Of a stretch of 64,000 bases of DNA, positions 19,354 through 29,768 are shown piece by piece (position 1 is the first letter of the stretch; every line of letters begins with the position of its first letter). Position numbers and translations under genes: made by a program. The notes below the pieces were generated by a model. That model was given only the letters and a program-made list of their open reading frames with translations. It ran no database searches and was not told the DNA's origin. Location: contig CAISZI010000058.1 of assembly GCA_903889905.1 (NCBI GenBank), positions 6,160 through 70,159 of the forward strand, given 5' to 3'. Source of the stretch: Candidatus Wirthbacteria bacterium. GTDB lineage: Bacteria; Patescibacteriota; CG2-30-54-11.

Positions 19354-19459
19354 ACCGACCCATGAACGCTTCCTAGCGGGAGTGGCTGTCGTAGCTACAT
19401 CCCGTCTTGCGGGGTGAGCTACCGACCCCCAAAGGGTCACAACGATGAAACATGTTAGC

Positions 19460-19960
19460 TTATTTGAAGCGTTTTAGCAAGCTAGAGAATGCCAAAGTAA
19501 TAGGAAAAGGGATGATCAGCCACATGCGCTTGGATGTCAACAAATTCACCACTCGGGCTTTGTTCAAAATCGTGGCCTGATCTGCAGCACCCATGTAACC
19601 AATCACCACCACAAACAGGATAGCACCAGCCACAGCGCCCCACACAGCCCCCTGGATGCTCTCCATGAGTGGATTGTCCCCATCATCGGCTGGTGAAATA
19701 TGTCGGCCTTCGATAAACAACAAAAAGGCAATAAAACAAAAAATGGCCGTTTTGACAATAAATTGTGACCAGGTAATACCGCCCACTTCGCTTTTATTCA
19801 AAAAGCGGTACATCTCGAGCCCGACTTCATTGGTGACGGCTAACGCAATGTAAATACCAATGAGCAACGGAAAGATTTTGGATTTACGCATGACAAACCC
19901 AACCAGGCAGAAAACGACTATCACAAAGATGAGCATCGAGTCCCAGCTGGGTGTAAACAT
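19460..19960 (-). CDS. Hypothetical integral membrane protein (4-5 TM)
   Basis: 166-aa ORF with multiple hydrophobic helices. No motif recognised. Confidence 0.4.
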   Translation of the reverse strand: MFTPSWDSMLIFVIVVFCLVGFVMRKSKIFPLLIGIYIALAVTNEVGLEMYRFLNKSEVGGITWSQFIVKTAIFCFIAFLLFIEGRHISPADDGDNPLMESIQGAVWGAVAGAILFVVVIGYMGAADQATILNKARVVNLLTSKRMWLIIPFPITLAFSSLLKRFK

Positions 19961-20033
19961 ACGTTTTCGCTTTTAATATTTGATTTGCTCTTCGTCAATA
20001 CTACAACGCGCTCACGACTAAGGCAAGAAACAA

Positions 20034-21158
20034 CTAGAGGCCCAGGCCATCCTTGATTTTGTCCATAATACCATCGGCATGAACTTTCAGATCAAGACCA
20101 CGGGCGCGTGCAATTTTGACAAGCAGATCACGCTCTTCGGGCGAAATCTTTTTGGGAATGTCGACTTCGATTTGGACGAGCTGATCACCGACTTTCGTGC
20201 CCTTGATGGATGGCACACCTTTGCTGCTGAGACGAAAAACTTTGGTCGCAGGAGTGCCTGCCGGAATTTTCAATGCTTCATCACCATAAACAGTCGGCAC
20301 CGTAATTGTATCGCCCAGGGTAAGCTGGATGTAGTCCACTTTGAGTCGGTAGTAGATATCCAGGCCATTACGTTCAAAAATGGGATCGGCTTTGACTCGA
20401 AATTGCACATACAAATCGCCCGTTGGTCCTCCCTGATCACCGGCTTCACCTTCGCCGCTGAGACGCATGCGACTGCCCTCATCCACGCCAGGTGGAATAT
20501 GGATTTTGAGCTTGGTGGAGACTTCTTCCCTGCCACGACCACCACAACGTGTACAAGCTTTGGTATAGGTCTTGCCACGGCCATGACACGTAGGACAGAC
20601 GTGTACCTGCATCATCTGGCCAAACAGGGACTGCTGCATGCGCCGCACTTCACCGCTGCCCTGGCAGGTGGCACAAGATGAAGTTTTGGCCTCCGGATCG
20701 CCGCCGCTGCCCTGGCAATGGGTGCATGTCTGGACACGGTTAAACGTGATCTGTTTTTCACCACCAAAAATCGCTTCTTTGAATTCCAGTGTCAGCGTGT
20801 ATTCCAAATCATTGCCGCGCGTGGCCCGGGAGCGAGAAGATGAACCGCCCCGGTTGCCGCCAAAAAACATATCAAAGATATCGCCAAATCCTTCGCCGCT
20901 GAAGTCAAATCCGCCTGCGTTCTGTCCAAACCCACCCTGGGGATTTACACCGGCATGGCCAAATTGATCATATGTGGAGCGTTTCTGGGGATCAGAAAGT
21001 ACTTCATAGGCTTCGCCAATTTCTTTGAATTTTTCGTGATCACCGCCGGATTTGTCGGGATGGTGTTGCAGCGCCAGCGCGCGGAATGCTTTTTTGATTT
21101 CCGCCGCCGATGCATTACGTGACACCCCCAAGATTTCGTAATAATCCCGTTTAGCCAT
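20034..21158 (-). CDS. dnaJ: Molecular chaperone DnaJ
   Basis: J-domain (YYEILGV...HPDK), G/F-rich linker, four CxxCxGxG zinc-finger repeats, C-terminal domains. Start at MAKRDYY. Confidence 0.9.
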   Translation of the reverse strand: MAKRDYYEILGVSRNASAAEIKKAFRALALQHHPDKSGGDHEKFKEIGEAYEVLSDPQKRSTYDQFGHAGVNPQGGFGQNAGGFDFSGEGFGDIFDMFFGGNRGGSSSRSRATRGNDLEYTLTLEFKEAIFGGEKQITFNRVQTCTHCQGSGGDPEAKTSSCATCQGSGEVRRMQQSLFGQMMQVHVCPTCHGRGKTYTKACTRCGGRGREEVSTKLKIHIPPGVDEGSRMRLSGEGEAGDQGGPTGDLYVQFRVKADPIFERNGLDIYYRLKVDYIQLTLGDTITVPTVYGDEALKIPAGTPATKVFRLSSKGVPSIKGTKVGDQLVQIEVDIPKKISPEERDLLVKIARARGLDLKVHADGIMDKIKDGLGL

Positions 21159-21178
21159 AGCGCACAAAACCTTTTTGC

Positions 21179-21934
21179 CTATTTACCAAAACGCCGCTGC
21201 CGCTGCTGGTATTCAGAAACTGCCATCAGGAAATCGGTTTCGGTAAAGTCAGGAAATAATTTGTCGGAAAAAAACCATTCACTGTAATCCGAATGCCAAA
21301 GCAAAAAACCACTCGTGCGGCATTCCCCACCGGTGCGGATAACCAGGTCTGGATCTGGGGTGCTAAAGTACATTTTTTGGGTAAGCAGTGCCGCGTCGAT
21401 ATTCTCCAGGGTAATTTTGCCGGCTTTTACCTCGGCAGCAATTTCACGTACCGAATCGACGATTTCCTGTTGCCCGCCATAGGCGATACAACCCTGCAAA
21501 CGCATGGCAGTACAGCCCTTGGTCTTGTCTTCGAGCTCATGTGCCAGATTCTGAATATCTGCTGGCATCCAGTCAATGCGGCCAATGGCTTTAAATTCGA
21601 TATTATTGTTGACCAAAAAATCATTTTTGAGATAGCGGCTCAAATATTCCCGAAACAGATCCATGATAAAACTTTTTTGATCGTCATCCCGGTTAAAATT
21701 CTCGGTTGACCACGCCCACAGGCTGAGTACTTTGATGCCCAATCCCATTGCCCAGTGGCAAAGATCATCGGCCTGCTCCGCCCCTGAACTGTAACCTTTC
21801 AACAAAGACAGCATGTGTTTCTGGGCCCAACGACGGTTGCCGTCCATGATTACCCCCACATGCTGCGGAATACGTTCGCGGCTATTGATAATGTCATTTT
21901 TTAACTGCGCTATTTCGCTCATGAAATGTACCAC
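21179..21934 (-). CDS. uppS: Isoprenyl transferase (undecaprenyl diphosphate synthase)
   Basis: [38 protein letters not shown] and C-terminal RRFG are UppS signatures. Confidence 0.85.
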   Translation of the reverse strand: MVHFMSEIAQLKNDIINSRERIPQHVGVIMDGNRRWAQKHMLSLLKGYSSGAEQADDLCHWAMGLGIKVLSLWAWSTENFNRDDDQKSFIMDLFREYLSRYLKNDFLVNNNIEFKAIGRIDWMPADIQNLAHELEDKTKGCTAMRLQGCIAYGGQQEIVDSVREIAAEVKAGKITLENIDAALLTQKMYFSTPDPDLVIRTGGECRTSGFLLWHSDYSEWFFSDKLFPDFTETDFLMAVSEYQQRQRRFGK

Positions 21935-21960
21935 CTTCGGTTACAAAACAAACCCATAGT

Positions 21961-22494
21961 CTACTTTGCGTCAGTGGTTTCTTCCGTTTTGGTTTTACTT
22001 TTCGTTTTCTTGGCTTTTTTGTGTGTTTCGTCCTTGACGATGGTTTCGCCTTCAACTGTCACTTTGATGCTGCCGGTGATGCCATGTCCGAATTCAACCT
22101 TGACGACGTAATCACCCACAGTCTTGATGGCGGATTCGATGACAATGCTTTCTTTGAGCACTTCAATCTTGGCCTGGTCCAGAAGTGCGTCGGCAACCTG
22201 CGCCGTGGTGATGGAACCATACAATTTACCGTTTTCACCAACTTTGGCAAAAACCTTGACCCCAACCTGGGAGAGCTGGGTGGCAGCAGTCTGCAAATCA
22301 GCGATGAATTTCTGTTCACGTTTTTCGTGGGCAACAACTTGTTCCCTCACCATTTTTTCCATGGCAGGCGTGGCAAACACAGCCAACGACTGGGGAAACA
22401 GAAAATTGCGGGCAAATCCGTCTTTGACGTTTTTGAGTTCTCCCCGTTTGCCGATTTTGGGGACATCCTGCTGCAGAATAACTTTGATCATCAA
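21961..22494 (-). CDS. rplI: 50S ribosomal protein L9 with Lys-rich C-terminal extension
   Basis: [34 protein letters not shown] is the canonical L9 N-terminus. Confidence 0.85.
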   Translation of the reverse strand: MMIKVILQQDVPKIGKRGELKNVKDGFARNFLFPQSLAVFATPAMEKMVREQVVAHEKREQKFIADLQTAATQLSQVGVKVFAKVGENGKLYGSITTAQVADALLDQAKIEVLKESIVIESAIKTVGDYVVKVEFGHGITGSIKVTVEGETIVKDETHKKAKKTKSKTKTEETTDAK

Positions 22495-22624
22495 AACTCC
22501 TTTGAACCGTTTATAAACTTTAGATACTTTCCCTCACTGACTGATGATCTGCCAAAAGGAATCAATCAAACTAACTTCCTTTTTGATGGTCTGCCAACCG
22601 TAGCTCATGCTGCTGAGCGAAGGT

Positions 22625-22711
22625 TGGTACCGAGGGAGGGACTTGAACCCTCACTGAGTTTCCCCAACGGGATTTTGAGTCCCGCGCGTCTACCAGTTCC
22701 GCCACCTCGGC
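22625..22711 (-). tRNA. tRNA-Leu (anticodon CAA), long variable arm, CCA encoded
   Basis: Reverse complement GCCGAGGTGGCGGAACTGGTAGACGCGCGGGACTCAAAATCCCGTTGGGGAAACTCAGTGAGGGTTCAAGTCCCTCCCTCGGTACCA. Anticodon loop CTCAAAA. Confidence 0.85.
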
Positions 22712-22753
22712 AAAGCTGCGCCTGCTACGCACAGGCACAGACAAGCAAACATT

Positions 22754-23467
22754 TTATGATTTTTCGCCAACTAACGCAAATACTTTTTTAGACAGCTTGA
22801 TTCCGGCCTTGGCAGATTGTGCCGCAAAGCCTCTCGCCACGGCCTGAATCGCCACATACGAGACAGTGATACCAACCCCGAGGAGCAAACGTTCGGCAGC
22901 GACAACCGGGATCAATGACTTCCAATAACCGGCTGTAAAGCCAAAGGCATACAAAAATGCAACCCCACCCACCGCATGCTGGGTAAACGTGGCGCCCAGC
23001 GCGGAGAGAAAGACGTTTTTACGACCCAGCAAGGTAGTAAACAACGGAATCAACCAGTAAAGACTGTAATACCACGCTTGTCGACCGATTGGATGAGCGA
23101 TGAAAAGTACCATGCACACCAAACCGATGATCGGCGAAGCCTTGCTGCGACGGCCAAAATACCAGGCAGCAAACAACACCGGAAAAAGGCGGATAATCGG
23201 TACGATAGAGAAACTGCCATGCAGTACGAAATTGATCAGGTTGACGGCGAGAACAGAGGTCAGCCCGATCGTCATTCCCCACAAAGCAGCAAAGGTCGGT
23301 GCGATGAAATCAAACAAGGTAAAATTGGAGCCCGTCCCCAGGATATGGGTAAACGGAATCTGCAGTGAGACAACACCTACCAGCAGAGACAGACCAAATG
23401 GAAGCAGATTTTTCTGCAGTCCGCGACGCGCTGCAAAACCCTTCTTGAGCAGGTTTTCCATGATCAC
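22754..23467 (-). CDS. Hypothetical polytopic membrane protein (possibly ECF-type transporter S component)
   Basis: About 6 TM helices. No diagnostic motif. The transporter guess is weak inference. Confidence 0.35.
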   Translation of the reverse strand: MIMENLLKKGFAARRGLQKNLLPFGLSLLVGVVSLQIPFTHILGTGSNFTLFDFIAPTFAALWGMTIGLTSVLAVNLINFVLHGSFSIVPIIRLFPVLFAAWYFGRRSKASPIIGLVCMVLFIAHPIGRQAWYYSLYWLIPLFTTLLGRKNVFLSALGATFTQHAVGGVAFLYAFGFTAGYWKSLIPVVAAERLLLGVGITVSYVAIQAVARGFAAQSAKAGIKLSKKVFALVGEKS

Positions 23468-23482
23468 CCAGCCACTAAAAAA

Positions 23483-24037
23483 TTAATTCTTGCCTTCGGT
23501 TGCCCCGGTCTGCCCCTGGTAACGGCTACCGAGACTTTTGTCCCCATAACCAATCGAGGCCGGCTCGGTGAGCATCAAAAATGAAATCTGGCAAATAGCC
23601 ATATTATAATACAGCTTGACCGGCAGTTTGCCAACGTTACTCAACTCCAACGTGAGTTGACCATCCCAGCCCGGATTGACATGCCCAGCCGTCGCATGCA
23701 CGATCACGCCTACGCGCCCCAGCGAACTTTTGCCATCGAGGCGACCAACCAGATCGAGTGGAATTTTGACTCGTTCCAGCGTCGTTCCCAACGTGAAGTT
23801 GCCGGGATGAAGAATGAAACATTTGCCTTCTTCCAGCACGATTTCCCGTGTGTAGACCGTGATTTTGTCCAGCGGATCAATGCAGGTTTCACGCGAATAC
23901 TCAAACACCCTGAAACTATTGCCTAAGTGCAAATCAATGCTGGCCGGCTGCATGGCACCAGCCATCAGCGGGTCAATCCCCAGGTCACCCTGCTTTAACC
24001 GTTTATGCATGGTCGTGTCACTTAATATCATGCTCAC
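23483..24037 (-). CDS. dcd: dCTP deaminase
   Basis: SIDLHLG, GRLDGKSSLGRVGVIVHATAGHVNPGWDGQLTLELSN are Dcd family motifs. Confidence 0.8.
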   Translation of the reverse strand: MSMILSDTTMHKRLKQGDLGIDPLMAGAMQPASIDLHLGNSFRVFEYSRETCIDPLDKITVYTREIVLEEGKCFILHPGNFTLGTTLERVKIPLDLVGRLDGKSSLGRVGVIVHATAGHVNPGWDGQLTLELSNVGKLPVKLYYNMAICQISFLMLTEPASIGYGDKSLGSRYQGQTGATEGKN

Positions 24038-24049
24038 TCTCCCAAAAAA

Positions 24050-24490
24050 TTAATGAGTCCCGGTACTGCCAAAACCGCCTGTGCCGCGTTCGCTGCCGGC
24101 AAGCTCATCGACAACGGTAACGGTTGGTGAAAGATAAGGAGTCAAAATAACTTGTGCGATCTTTTCACCTTTTTCGATTTGTGCCATTTCCTGGCCAACG
24201 TTGAGCAAGACAATTTTCCATTCGCCACGGTAGCCACTGTCAATCACGCCAGAAAGTTTGGTCAGGCCTTTTTTGGTGGCCACGGAACTGCGGTCCCAGA
24301 CCAAGGCAACATAGCCGGCAGGAAATTCTGAACTTATCCCAGTGCTCACGGCTTTGCGCTCACCGGGCGCAATCGTGACCGTTTCATAAGCAAAAACGTC
24401 GAGTCCAGCGTCGCCGGGTTTGGCATAGCTGGGGATTTTGGCATCGGCAAAAAGTGGTTTTATTTTGAGCTCAATCATACAGTCTATCAT
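24050..24490 (-). CDS. dut: dUTP diphosphatase
   Basis: GDAGLDV, VWDRSSVA, GVIDSGYRGEW, IAQVIL and SERGTGGFGSTG are the five dUTPase motifs. Confidence 0.85.
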   Translation of the reverse strand: MIDCMIELKIKPLFADAKIPSYAKPGDAGLDVFAYETVTIAPGERKAVSTGISSEFPAGYVALVWDRSSVATKKGLTKLSGVIDSGYRGEWKIVLLNVGQEMAQIEKGEKIAQVILTPYLSPTVTVVDELAGSERGTGGFGSTGTH

Positions 24491-24576
24491 TAATGGCTTA
24501 AGCTATGTCGAAATTTACTAAACAAGCGCCATGATAGTATACTTCGCCTGCCAACTCAATCATTATCCGGACGCCC

Positions 24577-26745
24577 ATGCTCGCTGAAATCGCCGTTGCC
24601 ACCTTTACCCAGAAATACCGGGAGCTATATACCTATCAAGTTCCGATCGAGATGGAAAGCAGCCTCCAGATTGGCATGGGGGTACTTGTCCGCTTCGGAC
24701 CACGTGTGCTCGACGGCATTGTCTTCAAACTGAATCATGAAACAAGTACGCGCAAACTCAATCCCATCCTGCGCCTCGTCAAACCTCAGCCGGTATTGTC
24801 CTCATGGCAAATCGCCCTGGTCGACTTTATCAGTTCCTACTATGCCGCCTCGCTGCACGCCGCCATCCAGACGGTCAGTCCCTTTGCGTTCAAGGATTTG
24901 CCGACCCCCAAACCCGAACGCGTCATCAGTTTCAAAGCGGCGGCCACGCCCGACAATAAACTCGGCCCCAAAGCCAAACAATTGCTGGAACTGCTCGCGC
25001 GACTTCAGTCAATCCCCTACCATGAACTCACTCAAACCCATGCCTTTGGCGCTGCTACGATCAAAAGCCTGGTCACCGCCGGACTGGCTGCCGCAAGCGA
25101 ACAACTCTCAACCAGAGCAAAGCTAACACTGCCTGCAGCGGAACCACCCTTTGTGCTCACCGCGGGCCAGCAACAGATTTTTGACCAGATCAAAGTGGAT
25201 ATGCAGCGTCAACCTTCCAAATTCCTGCTGATGGGCGTCACCAACAGTGGCAAGACCGAAATTTACCTGCAAACCATCGCCACGCTCATCCAACAAGGCG
25301 GTTCTGCCATCATGCTGGTCCCGGAAATCGCACTGACGCCCCAAACCGTGGGTCGCTTTGAGCGCAGATTCCCCGGTCAGGTCGCGCTCTGGCACAGCCT
25401 GCTAACCCCCACCCAACGAGCCAGGACCTACCGCCAGATACAAAACGGTGAAATCAAGGTCGTGATCGGTTCCCGCAGCGCTTTGTTCTCACCACTTCCA
25501 GACCTCAAACTGATCGTCATTGACGAAGAGCACGAAATCAGTTACAAACAGGAACAAAATCCACGCTATCACGCCCGACTGGTGGCCGAAAAAATCAGTT
25601 CCCTGCGAGGTGCCAGCTTGATCCTGGGAAGCGCGACACCCGCTGTCGAAAGTTACGCCAAGGCCCAAAATGGTGAATATACGTTGCTGGAATTACCCCT
25701 GACCATTAATCAACAAACGATCGCCTCTACCGTCTCAACCGTGGATCTGCGCGATGAGCTCATGGCCAATAATCGCACCACACTTTCCAAAGCACTGCAA
25801 ACCGCGATTGCGGACAATTTGTCCAAGGGGGAACAAACCATTTTGTTTTTGAACCGTCGTGGCAAATCAACCTGTGTCCTCTGCCGCGAATGTGGATTTG
25901 TCTACAAATGCCCGCACTGCGACCTGCCCCTCACCCTGCACGCCGACGGCAACCATGCCGAACTGATTTGCCATCACTGTGGTTTTAAACAGCAGCCGGA
26001 TTCTGCCTGCCCACGCTGCGGCGGTAACAAAATCCGCTACCTTGGCGCTGGCACGCAGAAAGTTGTCGAGGATCTGGCCAGACAGTTTCCCTCCGCTCGT
26101 GTGATGCGACTGGATGCAGATTCGATCAATGCCGAATTTACATACGACCAAGTCTATGCCCAGCTTTTGCATCACGAAGTGGACATTGTCATTGGCACTC
26201 AAGTGATTGCCAAAGGCTGGGATTTGCCCAAAGTCAGCCTGGTGGGGGTGCTGCTTGCCGACCAAAGCCTGTATTTCCCGGATTTCAGTGCCGGCGAACG
26301 CACTTACGCGCTCCTCACCCAGGTCATTGGCCGTGCCGGCCGTGGCGATCTGCCCGGACGCGTCATTATCCAGACGTACAACCCCGAAGATGTCTATCTG
26401 CAGTTGACGCTCAAACGCAATCCCGTGGAATTTTACCAGTTTGAACTGGCGCAACGCGCCAAACATGGTTTCCCGCCATTTAGTCATATCATCAAGCTGG
26501 AAAAAGCCTTCCCGACCTATACCAAAGGCCAAACCGAAGCGACACAGCTGGCAACAAAACTAAAAACTGCGATCGCAGCCATACCGGTTAAAATGGATGT
26601 GCTTGGCCCCATGCCGTCATTCATCCAAAAACGACAGGCCGAATACTACTGGCAAATCGTGCTCCAGGGCGACAATTTTGCACCACTGATGGCTCAACTC
26701 CCGGTGGAATGGAGCATCGACGTTGACCCGCTCGACTTGCTCTAG
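24577..26745 (+). CDS. priA: Primosomal protein N' (replication restart helicase PriA)
   Basis: Walker A GVTNSGKTEIY, DEEH box, Cys4 zinc-binding region (CRECGF...CPHCD...CHHCG...CPRCG), helicase C motifs. Confidence 0.85.
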   Translation: MLAEIAVATFTQKYRELYTYQVPIEMESSLQIGMGVLVRFGPRVLDGIVFKLNHETSTRKLNPILRLVKPQPVLSSWQIALVDFISSYYAASLHAAIQTVSPFAFKDLPTPKPERVISFKAAATPDNKLGPKAKQLLELLARLQSIPYHELTQTHAFGAATIKSLVTAGLAAASEQLSTRAKLTLPAAEPPFVLTAGQQQIFDQIKVDMQRQPSKFLLMGVTNSGKTEIYLQTIATLIQQGGSAIMLVPEIALTPQTVGRFERRFPGQVALWHSLLTPTQRARTYRQIQNGEIKVVIGSRSALFSPLPDLKLIVIDEEHEISYKQEQNPRYHARLVAEKISSLRGASLILGSATPAVESYAKAQNGEYTLLELPLTINQQTIASTVSTVDLRDELMANNRTTLSKALQTAIADNLSKGEQTILFLNRRGKSTCVLCRECGFVYKCPHCDLPLTLHADGNHAELICHHCGFKQQPDSACPRCGGNKIRYLGAGTQKVVEDLARQFPSARVMRLDADSINAEFTYDQVYAQLLHHEVDIVIGTQVIAKGWDLPKVSLVGVLLADQSLYFPDFSAGERTYALLTQVIGRAGRGDLPGRVIIQTYNPEDVYLQLTLKRNPVEFYQFELAQRAKHGFPPFSHIIKLEKAFPTYTKGQTEATQLATKLKTAIAAIPVKMDVLGPMPSFIQKRQAEYYWQIVLQGDNFAPLMAQLPVEWSIDVDPLDLL

Positions 26746-26801
26746 ATGGGTGAAACCCGTAGAATACATACACGACCAATCATTCAACAGTAGAAATATT
26801 T

Positions 26802-27332
26802 ATGGCTATTCTACCCGTTCTGACGCAGGAAGATGAAATTTTACGCAAGCAGTGCGAGCCGATTACGACCATTACTCCGGCCATCCGTAAACTCGCCAAG
26901 GATATGGTGGGAACCATGCGCGCAGCCAAAGGCGTTGGTCTTGCTGCCCCGCAAATTGGCCAGGCGATTCAGCTGATCGTGCTCGAAAGCCCGCCCGCCG
27001 AAGACGATGACGACAATCCCGAATTTCCCCTGCAAGTCGTTGTCAATCCCAGCTTCTCCGCCGAATCCACCAAACAAATCGAAGGCATGGAAGGCTGCCT
27101 CTCTATACCGCAATGGTACGGCCCGGTGATGCGCTACCAAAAAATCCGCGTCAGTGGCCTCAATCTGGATGGCAAACCTTATGAAAAAGTCGTTGATGGT
27201 TTCATGTCCAGGGTTTTCCAACACGAAATCGACCACCTGCGCGGCGTGCTGTTCACCGACTACATTGACGATCCGACCAAATTACGCAAAATCATCCCCG
27301 GCAAGGAGCCCGATGAAGACTACCTGGATTAA
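26802..27332 (+). CDS. def: Peptide deformylase
   Basis: GVGLAAPQIG, EGCLSIP, HEIDHL are the three Def motifs. Confidence 0.85.
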   Translation: MAILPVLTQEDEILRKQCEPITTITPAIRKLAKDMVGTMRAAKGVGLAAPQIGQAIQLIVLESPPAEDDDDNPEFPLQVVVNPSFSAESTKQIEGMEGCLSIPQWYGPVMRYQKIRVSGLNLDGKPYEKVVDGFMSRVFQHEIDHLRGVLFTDYIDDPTKLRKIIPGKEPDEDYLD

Positions 27333-27732
27333 ACAGGCCAAAACGGATTTGGATTTGCACCCTGATTTTGCCTCACTGCTCAAACTGGCACATTTTCTGC
27401 GTTCTGACCAAGGCTGCCCCTGGGATCGCAAACAGACGCTTGCCAGTACAGCCAAAGATGTAAGCGAAGAAGCCACGGAGATCCAGGCTGCAGTGGAAAA
27501 CAAAGACAATGCCAACCTCCAGGAAGAAATCGGCGACGTCCTGTTTACACTGGCCCAACTTATTGCCCAGGCCGAAGCACAAAACCTGTTTGCTGCCAGT
27601 GCCGTCATGGACGGCGTCCTGACCAAAATGATCAGCCGTCACACGTGGGTATTTGGGGATGACAAAGCATCCACCGAGGATGAAGCACTCAGACAGTGGA
27701 ACAAAAACAAACAAATGGAACAAAAGTCCTGA
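27313..27732 (+). CDS. MazG-like nucleotide pyrophosphohydrolase domain protein
   Basis: Start trimmed to MKTTWIK (4-bp overlap with the def stop). The EE..E...E..DVLF helical-pair motif (EEATEIQAAV...EEIGDVLFTLAQL) is typical of small MazG/all-alpha NTP-PPases. Confidence 0.5.
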   Translation: MKTTWIKQAKTDLDLHPDFASLLKLAHFLRSDQGCPWDRKQTLASTAKDVSEEATEIQAAVENKDNANLQEEIGDVLFTLAQLIAQAEAQNLFAASAVMDGVLTKMISRHTWVFGDDKASTEDEALRQWNKNKQMEQKS

Positions 27733-27792
27733 TTTTTTCAAAAATTTGGCTTTCCGTTTGGCCCTTAGAATTTAATTATTAGATATTACCGT

Positions 27793-28758
27793 ATGCCCAT
27801 CAACATTCTTTTCTGTGGTTCCGGCGAATTCTGCATCAAACCTTTCATGGCTTTGCGTGCCATGTGTTCGCAGTCCGAAAGCTGCCACATTGCCGCCATC
27901 CTCAGCCAGGCAGCTAAACCCGCCGGCCGTGGCCAACAACTGCTGGAACCTCCTCTGTTGCAACATTTTCAAACCTCGGGCAATCCGGAAAACATACGCA
28001 TCTTCCAACCCGCCAAGCTTAGCCAGGGGGCAAATGAAATCATGACAGCGATCAATCCTGATTTGATCGTGGTGGTGGATTATGGTGAATTTATTCCGGA
28101 CCTGATGTTGCAACAACCTCGTTTTGGCGCCATCAATATTCATCCTTCGCTGCTGCCACGCTGGCGTGGCGCCATCCCTATTCAGGCAACCATTTTGGCT
28201 GGCGACAGCATGACCGGCGTCACCATTCAACAAATGGCCGCCAAAATGGATGCCGGGCCGATCTTGCGTCAGCAATCCCTGGAGATATCCCCCACGGCAA
28301 CAGCCTTTAGGTTGAGTGCGGAACTCTCCACCCTGGCGGCCACCATGTTGCCCGACACGATTAACGCCATGCTGGCTGGCGCAACCGATCCCCAGACGCA
28401 AAACGAAACCTTGGCTACCTATTGCTACCAGGACGACCTGACCAAGGACAAAGCCCACATCAACTGGGACGCACCCACCCTACAAATCCTCAACCAGATT
28501 CGCGCTTATATCCCCTACCCCATTGCCTGGAGTCTATTTCGCGGCAGTCGTTTGCTCATCCACCAGGCCTCAGCCTCAACTCAAGCAAGCGGTCCTGAGC
28601 TGCCTGGCGAACTTGTCCACGCGAACAACCAAGTCTTCGTGCGCGCCCAGGATGGCTGGCTGCAACTGCAAATCGTGCAAATGGCCGGCAAAAAACAAAT
28701 AAGCGGTCAACAATTTGTTGCCGGTTACCAGCTGCAAGCCAAAGAATTTTTGAGTTAA
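27793..28758 (+). CDS. fmt: Methionyl-tRNA formyltransferase
   Basis: N-terminal formyltransferase fold with IVVVDYGEFIP, NIHPSLLPRWRGAIPIQ (SLLP/HxSLLPxxRG motif), and C-terminal Fmt domain. Classic def-fmt pairing. Confidence 0.85.
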   Translation: MPINILFCGSGEFCIKPFMALRAMCSQSESCHIAAILSQAAKPAGRGQQLLEPPLLQHFQTSGNPENIRIFQPAKLSQGANEIMTAINPDLIVVVDYGEFIPDLMLQQPRFGAINIHPSLLPRWRGAIPIQATILAGDSMTGVTIQQMAAKMDAGPILRQQSLEISPTATAFRLSAELSTLAATMLPDTINAMLAGATDPQTQNETLATYCYQDDLTKDKAHINWDAPTLQILNQIRAYIPYPIAWSLFRGSRLLIHQASASTQASGPELPGELVHANNQVFVRAQDGWLQLQIVQMAGKKQISGQQFVAGYQLQAKEFLS

Positions 28759-29747
28759 CGGTGCAGCATCCTGCGGACAATCACTTCCAGGCGATAGCGA
28801 TGCACCAGAAAACGCAGTCCCAAAAACACCACAAAAAAGATAACAGTTAGAGCGCTCAGCAAGCGCCACGGGAATACCCAAAAAGTATCTTCCGCCACCA
28901 AAGCCGTTTGCCTGGCGCCATACCACATCGTCAGCTTGGCATGGTACATACCAAAAGCCAAAGGTTGACTCATGGGGATTTTAAATCCTGCAACATTGAC
29001 CAGATTGGTACGGCTGCCTAAACCCAGCACAAATTTACGGACACTTTTGGGCAGGACATACCCTTCACCGCTGATCGGTACAGATTGCACCAATGTACCG
29101 AATTCATTAAAAATTTCTAGCACTCCATCAGGTGCCAAATGTGTATTACCCGTATTATTCAGTCGCAAGGTAAATTGCCAGGGTGCTGTTTCATAAATAT
29201 CCTGCTGACCATAAAACTCAGCCACTGCCATTTTCTCGTTGAGCTGGCCACTGACCGTAACCAGGAAAATGGAGGCCACCTGCAAATTGATTTGACTCCC
29301 CTGGAGCCCGGAAGCAGCGTCCCGCGGCGCATTCGCAAACATCACTGCCCCATAGTGCCCGCCCGGCGCAGCATTTGCCGGCACCCGAATTGTTACTGGA
29401 ACGCTGATAAAAACGTTGGGTTGAGCCACCTGACTGTTTTGCGAAAGTTCCATCCACCGGCTCAAGGATCCAGGATCATCGGACTTGGGCAGATAAAATT
29501 TCGGCGCACCAGCCTCATCACCCGTAGCTGTAAAATCCATGGCTTTGGCTGATACCTGAATGGGTGAGGACACATCAAAGGCAATCTTAATCACGCCTGA
29601 CCAGATTTGCCCTGGTTCAAGATGCAGCTCTGTTTTGGACGGTTCCACATCCACGCCGCGCCGATTTTCCTGCGCACAGGCAACCTGAGGAAGCCAAAGG
29701 CAAAGGCTCAACGTAACTGGCAAACCCCACTTTAGAAGACGCGGCAT
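28755..29747 (-). CDS. Surface protein with signal peptide and C-terminal TM anchor; CscA/DUF916-DUF3324-like topology (paralog 1)
   Basis: Signal peptide ending LPQVACAQE. Conserved blocks PGGHYGAVMF...IFLVTVSGQ...LNNTGNTHLAPDG shared with the next gene. C-terminal TM (ALTVIFFVVFLGL) plus Arg-rich tail. Family assignment is inference. Confidence 0.4.
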   Translation of the reverse strand: MPRLLKWGLPVTLSLCLWLPQVACAQENRRGVDVEPSKTELHLEPGQIWSGVIKIAFDVSSPIQVSAKAMDFTATGDEAGAPKFYLPKSDDPGSLSRWMELSQNSQVAQPNVFISVPVTIRVPANAAPGGHYGAVMFANAPRDAASGLQGSQINLQVASIFLVTVSGQLNEKMAVAEFYGQQDIYETAPWQFTLRLNNTGNTHLAPDGVLEIFNEFGTLVQSVPISGEGYVLPKSVRKFVLGLGSRTNLVNVAGFKIPMSQPLAFGMYHAKLTMWYGARQTALVAEDTFWVFPWRLLSALTVIFFVVFLGLRFLVHRYRLEVIVRRMLHR

Positions 29748-29768
29748 AGCAAACTCACAAAAACGATA

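Noticed and set aside
22021-22791. 256-aa plus-strand ORF
   Set aside because: Antisense to rplI and reads through tRNA-Leu. Shadow ORF.
27154-27312. Upstream part of the ORF-track 192-aa MazG-like ORF
   Set aside because: Overlaps the 3' end of def in another frame. The MazG-like protein more plausibly starts at MKTTWIK (27313) with a 4-bp overlap.
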